From: an uncultured Planctomycetia bacterium | GTDB taxonomy: Bacteria; Omnitrophota; Gorgyraeia; Duberdicusellales; 4484-171 | NCBI GenBank assembly: GCA_964629655.1 | Contig: CAZVQU010000001.1 | Span: 164,056-228,055 of the forward strand | Reading direction: 5' to 3' | DNA length: 64,000 nucleotides | Shown here: positions 1 through 7,409 of the stretch, piece after piece | How the letters are laid out: each line of letters starts with the position of its first letter | How positions within the stretch are numbered: the stretch's first letter is position 1 | Made by a program: the position numbers and the translations under genes | Notes under the pieces: model-generated | What the model was told of the DNA's origin: nothing | The model's input: the letters and a program-made list of their open reading frames with translations, nothing else | Database searches by the model: none

Positions 1-1629
1 CGTACCATCGGCCATTGTAAAAGCTGCTGCTCCAGCATCACGATTAGCACCATCAGCAAGAGCATCATTTGCTGTTGCAGTAAATGCGCCGTCAATTGTT
101 ACATTCGCATTAACAAGAATACTTCTTCCTGCCTGCAAGGTAAGATTCCCTGTCCCAGCAGAAGAATCCACAGCCTGGGTTACAGTAATATCAGTATTAG
201 CCTGCAAAATAAGATTAGTTCCATTCAGAGCAGCCTCTACGTTCTCATCAGAAAAATCAGCTGTAGCTGTAGGGTTATCAGAAAAGACATCATTAGCAGC
301 AACCGCGTCTACTCCACCATCAGTAATCGTAATATTTTTTGGGTCAATAAATAATGTTCCCCTATCTCCATTCTCAGCTAATAAATCCACTGACCCTTGG
401 AATATCATACTTTCCTTACCGGATACTTCAACAAAGCCACCATCACCGCTGGATAAACCACCCTTTGCTTCAATTTTTGCACCACTCCAGAAGTTTGCCG
501 TCTCAGGTGAATAAACAATTATTTCACCACCATTCCCATCTACCTCAGCATTAGCAGTTGTTAAGCTATCTGCGGTTAAAGCAATAACATCTCGGGCATA
601 CAAATCAATGTTCCCGCCATCGCCGTCGCCAAGCGCGTCAGCATGAACTTGCCCGAACTGGCCAACTTTATCGCCGCGTATCTCTATTTCGCCACCATTT
701 ACTCCTTGATCAATTGCCGATGTAGTAATAGTTCCTGTATTTTGAATTATGCCTTCACTGGCAGAAACCAGAACAATTTTTCCGTTACGCTCAACCATTG
801 AGCCAGCGCGAACAATACCATCCTGATTAATTAACTTATCAAAGACATCCCCAACCGCAGCTACCTCCATATATACTGCGCCGCCATCAGCAGTAATAGT
901 ACCTGCATTGTTAACGCCGACATCTATCCTGTCACCATTTTGATCATAAACATTATCCAAGATTTCCTCATCAACAACTGCCTGGATATTACCGTTACCT
1001 CCTATATCTACAGTAACTTTGCTTCCGGCAACAAGGTTTACTGTTCCAAAATCAGCCCTGATTGCACCTAGATTACTGACTGCACCACCGGCTAATACAA
1101 CCCCTCCGCCAGAAGCAATAATATTGCCGGCATTAGATATAGAGTTTAATTGCTGACCGCCAAGGTCAAGAACATAATTTCCAGATAAAAAATCATCCTG
1201 GCTCATCATAAGAGTAGAAGCAATTAATCCTCCTACATTCACTTGAGCGGTAGGTGAGAATAATATGCCATTGGGGTTAATAAGAAATTGGTTACAATTA
1301 CTATTCCAAATACCGGCGATATCCGAACTACTTGAACCAATAACATTATAAAGCATAGCTGCTGAAGCGTTCGGCCCGAGACTATTTAAGGTATACCCAT
1401 TGCCAATATCAAAAGAGGTTGCGTCTCCCCACCATTTAGAACCATTGGTTATAACCGACATTTCATTACCATTAACCGAAATGTCTGCTGAGCCGATTCG
1501 ATCGGTTATTCCCGAAGGAAGATTTTCAGCATATATATTGCTGGGAAAAATATAGAAGGAAGCCAGAGCAACAGCAAGAAAGACACGTAGCCCCTTTCCT
1601 AAGCTCGGTTTATTTTTACTGTTTTGCAT
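1..1629 (-). CDS. TpsA-like exoprotein (filamentous haemagglutinin family), N-terminal part; gene runs off the window
   Basis: Minus-strand ATG at 1629..1627 gives MQNSKNKPSLGKGLRVFLAVALASFYIFPS, which looks like a signal peptide. It is followed by NPNGIL and GGLIASTL, both typical of the TPS secretion domain. Downstream is Gly/Asn/Thr/Ala-rich sequence consistent with a beta-helix. The reading frame stays open to position 1. Confidence 0.7.
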   Translation of the reverse strand, partial: MQNSKNKPSLGKGLRVFLAVALASFYIFPSNIYAENLPSGITDRIGSADISVNGNEMSVITNGSKWWGDATSFDIGNGYTLNSLGPNASAAMLYNVIGSSSSDIAGIWNSNCNQFLINPNGILFSPTAQVNVGGLIASTLMMSQDDFLSGNYVLDLGGQQLNSISNAGNIIASGGGVVLAGGAVSNLGAIRADFGTVNLVAGSKVTVDIGGNGNIQAVVDEEILDNVYDQNGDRIDVGVNNAGTITADGGAVYMEVAAVGDVFDKLINQDGIVRAGSMVERNGKIVLVSASEGIIQNTGTITTSAIDQGVNGGEIEIRGDKVGQFGQVHADALGDGDGGNIDLYARDVIALTADSLTTANAEVDGNGGEIIVYSPETANFWSGAKIEAKGGLSSGDGGFVEVSGKESMIFQGSVDLLAENGDRGTLFIDPKNITITDGGVDAVAANDVFSDNPTATADFSDENVEAALNGTNLILQANTDITVTQAVDSSAGTGNLTLQAGRSILVNANVTIDGAFTATANDALADGANRDAGAAAFTMADGT

Positions 1630-1683
1630 TTTCATTACTTTCTTCTACTATCAATAATAATTTCTTACGCCGCTAAAAAATAT

Positions 1684-3510
1684 CTAAAACTCATATTGAA
1701 GCCCAAAATGAACCTTACCGGTGGAATCATCGCTTGGTTTCTCTTTACCGGCAGGAAAACCCCAATCTATCCTTCCGCGAAGATGTTCAGCAAAATCAAA
1801 ACGTAATCCAAGCCCGGCACCGACCAAATAGCTGGTGCCTTTCTCGCCAACCTGGGCATTTACAAGATATCCCTTTCCTAAATCAACAAAATATACAAAT
1901 TGAAGAGCATCTTTCAAAGACATTCCCTTTTTGTCATAAGGAACTTTTATTGCTCGAGGGAAGATAAAGGCCGGGGTTCTCAACTCTATGGTTGAAATCC
2001 AACCATAATCGGCAAGATATTCATTCTCTGGGAATCCTCTTATCGTATTAGCCCCACCAAGAGATAATTGTTCGGAATTGACTAGCGGATCCTCAACATA
2101 TTGTCCCCGTATTGAAGCAATCAAATACGACGATAACGGCAAACGGGTAGTCCTGGAAAGTGAACCAACGTATTTTACAAATTCACCCCCGGCATCTAAA
2201 CGGCTGGAACTCACATCATATTTATCCATAGAACCAATGAAATCATCCATGCCAACACGTACTTCACTAGACACGAATGTCCGCCCCATGCTATCTTTCT
2301 CATCAAAGCTTATTCCTGCCTTCAAAACTCGTAGTTCATCATGGCTTGTTTCCTGGCCTAATATCTTGTTCACTACACTTATCGAATCCAACCCGGCAGT
2401 AACCGTGCTGGCAATATTAATCGGAGTCGGCTCTAAGAAATTATCATCAAATAAAGTATGTCGCCCATATACACCCCAAAGCGTTGCTCTACCTTCAGGA
2501 GTAAGGATTTGAAACATTTCACCGATGTCAGCCTGACTATACATGCCGTAAAACCCTAAGCGAGTATCGTAGCGAGAAATCGGGAAATTATAATCAAGAC
2601 TGCCTGCATATACTCTATCATAGTTAGAGCCTGCCCGCAAATTCAAAGACAAAATATCATCATTCCCAAGAAGATTGTTATGTACAAAGCCTAGCTCAGA
2701 ACGGTACTTGCCGCTATATTCGGTCCCCTGATTATTATACCCTAAATACCAATGTATCGGACTCCTTTCTTCTTCAAGTTTCAATAAAACATCCGAAGTA
2801 GCCGGCTCTTCACCCGGCAGTAATACCGCTTTTACCACTCTATCCGGCTGTCTATTAAACCGTTTAATATCCTTTTCCAGCTTAGCGTAATCCAAAATTT
2901 GCCCTTCCTCGACAATCAATTTACGCTTAATTTTCTCTTTGCTGTAATACTTACCGTCTTCAGCCTTAACCTTACCCAAACGGCCTTCAATAACCTGGAA
3001 TTCTATACTACCATCTGTAACTTCTTGTGCAGGCGCGTAAGCCAAACTGGTAAGATACCCTTTGCTACGATAAAATGCAGTAAGTTCATCAGCTGCATTT
3101 TTCAAATCACTCATTCCTAAGTCTTTATCGCGATATTTATCTAAAATCACCTCAAAATCTTTAGCCTTAAATAAATACACTCCATTTAAAATGAACTTCT
3201 CTACAAAAACTTTTGGCTCGGGCGGAAGTAATGCCTCCTTTGCCGCGGGAACCGTATCTGCCACTCTTTCTATAACGTCTCTTTGTCTCCGGATTATCTC
3301 TTCCTGTGCCGAAACTTTTTTCTCCAATTTTTTAATTCTTTTTTCAAATTCATCAACTCGGCTAACTTTTTCTTTAAGCCGATTTAATTCTTCCATTATC
3401 GCCTTAATATCGCTGCTCTCACTGGGAAAAACAGCAGTACTATTTGACAATAAAAAGACTAAGCTTATAAATACGACAACGAAATTCTTTTTATTGATAA
3501 TTTTCCTCAT
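1684..3510 (-). CDS. TpsB outer-membrane transporter (ShlB/FhaC family) of a two-partner secretion system
   Basis: 608 aa with a signal peptide and POTRA-like segments (VEKFILNGVYLF...). The C-terminal beta-barrel ends in the OMP signature ...GLQYEF. It sits immediately upstream of the TpsA-like gene. Confidence 0.75.
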   Translation of the reverse strand: MRKIINKKNFVVVFISLVFLLSNSTAVFPSESSDIKAIMEELNRLKEKVSRVDEFEKRIKKLEKKVSAQEEIIRRQRDVIERVADTVPAAKEALLPPEPKVFVEKFILNGVYLFKAKDFEVILDKYRDKDLGMSDLKNAADELTAFYRSKGYLTSLAYAPAQEVTDGSIEFQVIEGRLGKVKAEDGKYYSKEKIKRKLIVEEGQILDYAKLEKDIKRFNRQPDRVVKAVLLPGEEPATSDVLLKLEEERSPIHWYLGYNNQGTEYSGKYRSELGFVHNNLLGNDDILSLNLRAGSNYDRVYAGSLDYNFPISRYDTRLGFYGMYSQADIGEMFQILTPEGRATLWGVYGRHTLFDDNFLEPTPINIASTVTAGLDSISVVNKILGQETSHDELRVLKAGISFDEKDSMGRTFVSSEVRVGMDDFIGSMDKYDVSSSRLDAGGEFVKYVGSLSRTTRLPLSSYLIASIRGQYVEDPLVNSEQLSLGGANTIRGFPENEYLADYGWISTIELRTPAFIFPRAIKVPYDKKGMSLKDALQFVYFVDLGKGYLVNAQVGEKGTSYLVGAGLGLRFDFAEHLRGRIDWGFPAGKEKPSDDSTGKVHFGLQYEF

Positions 3511-5735
3511 CTATCTTGTGCCTTTCTTCGTTTACGAAGCTTTTCAGCTTGTTTAGCTTCTCTCGCAACGCGAGCTTTCTCTCGCTTAATCTCCAGATTA
3601 ACTTCTCTTTGTATTTGCTTGCGGAGTTTTGCAGCCTGCTTAGCATCTTTCGCAGCTTGGGCTCTTTCTCTCTTATCCTGGATTCGAGCTTCTTTCTCTC
3701 TCTTCTTGCGGAGCTTTTCAGCTTTCTTAGCTTCCTTCTCAGCCTGGGCTGTTTCTCTCTTAATCTCCAGATTAACTTTTCTTTGTATTTGCTTACGAAG
3801 ATTTTGGGCTTGTTTAGTTTCTGCCGCGGTTTGAATGCTCTCTCGCTTAGCCTGGAGTTGATCTTCTCTTTGTTTCTTCCTGCGGATTTTTTCCATCAAC
3901 TTAGCCTCTTTTGCAGCCTTCGCTTTCTTTCTTCTAACATATAATTCCACTTCTTTTTGTTTCTGCTTACTGAGTTTTTCAGCTTTTTTAGCCTCCTTGG
4001 CGGCTTGCGCTTTTTCTTTCTTGGCTTGGCGCTGAGCTGCTTTATCTTGAGCCGCTAGTTTAGCTGCTCTTTTTTCCTGCTTGCGAAGCCTTTCAGCTGC
4101 CTTAGCCTCTTTTGCGGCTTGAGCTACTTCTCTCTTAACTTTTAACTCAGCTTCTTTTTGTATTTGCTTACGGACTTTTGCAGCTTCCTTGGCAGCTTTT
4201 TTAGCTTGAATTCGAGCTTCTTTTTGCTCCTGTTCGCGGAGTTTTTCAGCCTGCTTAGCCTCTTCCGCAGCTTGAGCCTCCTCTCTCATAACTTTCAACT
4301 CAGCTTCTTTTTGTATTTGCTTATGAAGTTTTGCAGCTTTCTCAGCTTCCTTCTTAACCTGGGCTGCTTCTCTCTTAACCTGCAAATCGACTTCTTTTTG
4401 TATTTGCTTATCAAGCTTCTCAGCTTGTTTAGTACCTTTCGCGGGCCGACTTACCCGCTTACTCAAAATCGCTTTTATCTTTTTCTTTTTCTTACGAACT
4501 TCTCTTTTTAAACCTTTCTTGTCTGTAATATCCTCAACGTAATTGAATATGGGCAGAGCAGTTTCATATTCTCCTATTAGAAATAAATCATTCGCGTCTT
4601 CAAAAATCTCCTGAGGTGTCTTTTTAACTTTTATAACTATATAATCGCTCGTTCCCTCCACAACGGTAGTTTTTTTACGCTTAAGCTGCAGCTCGACTTC
4701 TTTTTGTATCTTCCTGCGAAGTTTTTCAGCCCGTTCAGCTTCTTTCTCGGTCTGAACTTTTCTACCTCGACCATCTAGCTTAGCTGCTCTCTCTTCCTGC
4801 CTCCGGAATTCTTCAGCTAACTTAGCCTCTTCCGCGGCTTGAGCTTCCTCTCGCTTAAGCTGCAACTCAGCTTCTCTTTGCATTCGCTTGTGGAGCTCTT
4901 TTGCTTGCCTAGCTTCCTCCTCGGCTTGGACTTCTTTTCTTGGAACACTTACCTCACCTGTTCTCTCTTCCTGCTTAGGGAATTTTCCAGTTTTTTTAGC
5001 TTCCTTGGCGGCTTGGGCTTTTTCTCTCTTATCCTGGATTCGAGCTTCTTTTTGCTCCTGCCTGCGGAGTTTTTCAGCTTTTTTAGCCTCCTTGGCGGCT
5101 TGGGCTTTTTCTCTTTTATCCTGGATTCGAGCTTCTTTTTGCTCCTGCTTGCGGAGTTTTGCAGCTTCCTTAGCATCTTTTCTGGCCTGGACCTCTCGTG
5201 CCTTCAACTCGGCTTTTATCCTTTTATTCTTCTCCTTGTCTTTAACACTATCTCTCTTAGCCTGGATTCGAGCCTCTTTCTCTTCCTGTTTGCGGAGTTT
5301 TGCAGCCTGCTTAGCGTCTTTTGCAGCTTCCTTAGCAGCTTTTTTAGCTTGAATTCGAGCTTCTTTTTGCTCCTGCTTACGGAGTTTTGCAGCCTGTTTA
5401 GCCTCCTTCGCGGTAGAATACTCCTTTTCTGGTTCTGAGGGAATAGTTGACTTCTCTTCTAAGGAAGGCCTTGTAAAAATACTTAGAGTACTATTTATTC
5501 TGTCCTTGCGAATACTCTCTAAATATATCTTTGCCTTTTCGTTGTAAGGATTAACCATTAAGGCCTTTTTGAATTCTGTTTTGGCCTCTTGAATGCGGCC
5601 GCTTTCTAAAAAAGTTTCACCTAATTCTACGAGGTAATCATCTGAAGAAGGTAAGTCAATATAATCATCTGAAGAGGGTAAACCGTTTAGGGGGAAAATG
5701 AGCAGCATTAAAGATAGTATGAGCAGTATCTTCAT
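3507..5735 (-). CDS. Secreted single-TPR protein with long TolA-like Lys/Glu/Ala/Gln/Arg-rich repeat region
   Basis: 742 aa with a signal peptide. One TPR-like unit is present (LVELGETFLESGRIQEAKTEFKKALMVNPYNEKAKIYL). Dozens of approximately 22-aa repeats follow, of the type KEAKQAEKLRKQEQKEARIQAKK. The stop overlaps the tpsB start in ATGA (3507..3510). Confidence 0.8.
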   Translation of the reverse strand: MKILLILSLMLLIFPLNGLPSSDDYIDLPSSDDYLVELGETFLESGRIQEAKTEFKKALMVNPYNEKAKIYLESIRKDRINSTLSIFTRPSLEEKSTIPSEPEKEYSTAKEAKQAAKLRKQEQKEARIQAKKAAKEAAKDAKQAAKLRKQEEKEARIQAKRDSVKDKEKNKRIKAELKAREVQARKDAKEAAKLRKQEQKEARIQDKREKAQAAKEAKKAEKLRRQEQKEARIQDKREKAQAAKEAKKTGKFPKQEERTGEVSVPRKEVQAEEEARQAKELHKRMQREAELQLKREEAQAAEEAKLAEEFRRQEERAAKLDGRGRKVQTEKEAERAEKLRRKIQKEVELQLKRKKTTVVEGTSDYIVIKVKKTPQEIFEDANDLFLIGEYETALPIFNYVEDITDKKGLKREVRKKKKKIKAILSKRVSRPAKGTKQAEKLDKQIQKEVDLQVKREAAQVKKEAEKAAKLHKQIQKEAELKVMREEAQAAEEAKQAEKLREQEQKEARIQAKKAAKEAAKVRKQIQKEAELKVKREVAQAAKEAKAAERLRKQEKRAAKLAAQDKAAQRQAKKEKAQAAKEAKKAEKLSKQKQKEVELYVRRKKAKAAKEAKLMEKIRRKKQREDQLQAKRESIQTAAETKQAQNLRKQIQRKVNLEIKRETAQAEKEAKKAEKLRKKREKEARIQDKRERAQAAKDAKQAAKLRKQIQREVNLEIKREKARVAREAKQAEKLRKRRKAQDR
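3540..5440. repeat. Intragenic tandem direct DNA repeats (approximately 66-75 nt units) encoding the KEAK repeats
   Basis: An example is the near-identical 75-nt units at about 5000..5075 and 5076..5150. The long opposite-strand ORFs seen here are repeat artefacts. Confidence 0.7.
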
Positions 5736-5899
5736 TATAGTAATTTTATCAAAAAAATGCTAATATTTCAAGCATTTTTCCTTATTTTTCGATTTTAAAT
5801 CGGGGGTTTTAATCTGTTCTGAAGAAAGTAATTCTAAAAGTTAGAATTTATAGCCAAAACTTCCGTAATAACTCTTCACACAATGCACTATCATCTTCC

Positions 5900-7357
5900 T
5901 CAACCGGCTTTTTTTCTTATAAAAACACCGAGTAAAAAAATACTACAAATAAAAGGAAAAAACTCTCCGTGCTTATTGTAAAAACTTCTCTCCTCATTCA
6001 AAGAGACTACAAAGTTCTTGGTTCCGGCAAAGAATACTTCCTTTCTATTCTTCCGAAATTTCTCAATTTCGCCTTTAAAAGAAACCCAACCGCTTATGCC
6101 GGTATTAGCGCTTCGGATTATAGAAATTCTATTCTCAACAGCTCTTAAAGTCATAATGCTGAGGTGCTGGCTGGCTTCCGGCTCCCCCTTAAACCAGGCA
6201 TCATTAGTGATGTTTACTAGAAAATCGTTGCCCCGTGCAAAATTCATAACATGCTTAGGGAAAACATCTTCGAAACAAATAAGTGCAGAAAATCTCTTAC
6301 CCTTATGAGAAAAACTCACGAAATCGTCGCCTCTGGCCATATCCCCAATGGAATTAAAGACGCTGATAAAGGTTAAGAATCTTCTTAAAGGAACATACTC
6401 ACCATATGGAACTAATTTTATCTTTTGGTAAGCGTCTACGAGCTTTGCTTTCTTATCAAATTGCAAAGCCTCATTGTAAAACTGGCCTTCTTTTTCTGTC
6501 ACAGCTCCAATAACAACATCCTTTTCTAGCTTCCAGATAAATTGTTCCAATTCATAGAAATTTTCTTCACCAACAGTAAGCGGCCAGGAAGCTTCAGGAA
6601 AAATTACTAAAGAGTCTTCTTCTGTTTCTTCAGCTAAGCTATTTAATACCTTTACAATTTTAAACCGGGAAAAAGGCTCCCACTTTAATTCCTGAGGAAT
6701 ATTCGGTTGGACTATTGATATTTTATGAGAATCTGTTTCTTTTAAATTTTTTACTCTGTAGACTGAGTATGAAAAGAAAATTGTAAAGACAAAAAAAACG
6801 AAAATTGTCTTCTTGAAAATATTTTTTCTTAACTCCGGGTCTCTGCTTCTTTTGCTTAGAAACAAAAATGCCTGAAGAATTAAAATATTTACCATTACAA
6901 TTAAAAAAGAGATAAGTTTTGTTCCAGCTAAATCTGCTATCTGGATAAGGTAAAAATTATCGTATTGGGAATACCCTAAATTTGCCCAGCCAAATCCACA
7001 CCAGATATTTTCTTTTAAAAACTCTAGGAGGACCCAAAGGCAAGGCAAAGTAATAAGCCTCAAGGTCTTCCTGTAAAGATTCCTCCCAAGCAACGAAAAA
7101 ATTATACTGTAGATAGAAAGGTAAGAAAGTAAAAAAAGTAACCCTAGCTTGGTAACATTAGCTACCCAAAAAAGAGTAAGGCCATAGAAAGAAAGAGCGA
7201 AAACTATCCCCGAGAAGACAGCTGTCTTAAGGCGTCCTCTACTTATTGCATAGATAAAAGGAGCTATTGAAAACCAAACCAGGAAAGAAAGATTGGGCAG
7301 GTTAAAACTTAATCCGGTTAGCGCGCCGCTGAGAAAAGATAATATTAAGCTGATCAT
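5900..7357 (-). CDS. lnt: Apolipoprotein N-acyltransferase
   Basis: 485 aa. The N-terminus is polytopic membrane sequence. The C-terminus is a CN-hydrolase domain with a catalytic Cys in ALICFEDVF. Confidence 0.8.
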   Translation of the reverse strand: MISLILSFLSGALTGLSFNLPNLSFLVWFSIAPFIYAISRGRLKTAVFSGIVFALSFYGLTLFWVANVTKLGLLFLLSYLSIYSIIFSLLGRNLYRKTLRLITLPCLWVLLEFLKENIWCGFGWANLGYSQYDNFYLIQIADLAGTKLISFLIVMVNILILQAFLFLSKRSRDPELRKNIFKKTIFVFFVFTIFFSYSVYRVKNLKETDSHKISIVQPNIPQELKWEPFSRFKIVKVLNSLAEETEEDSLVIFPEASWPLTVGEENFYELEQFIWKLEKDVVIGAVTEKEGQFYNEALQFDKKAKLVDAYQKIKLVPYGEYVPLRRFLTFISVFNSIGDMARGDDFVSFSHKGKRFSALICFEDVFPKHVMNFARGNDFLVNITNDAWFKGEPEASQHLSIMTLRAVENRISIIRSANTGISGWVSFKGEIEKFRKNRKEVFFAGTKNFVVSLNEERSFYNKHGEFFPFICSIFLLGVFIRKKAG

Positions 7358-7409
7358 GATTTAGTCCATAGTTCGTGTGCGATGCCCCTCCTATGGGTTA
7401 CGAACTATT

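Noticed and set aside
354-554. 66-aa plus-strand ORF at the left edge
   Set aside because: It lies inside the TpsA gene on the opposite strand. His/Gln-rich translation of a GC-biased repeat.
3516-5438. Long plus-strand ORFs (142-199 aa) rich in L/F/S inside the repeat-protein gene, and similar ORFs at 17416..18689
   Set aside because: They are mirror-strand reading frames of the Lys/Glu-rich tandem repeats. They have no start context and fully overlap the real gene.
3540-5440. Possible CRISPR-like regular repeats
   Set aside because: The repeats are contiguous and in-frame. They are coding, with no spacers. There are no cas genes in the window.
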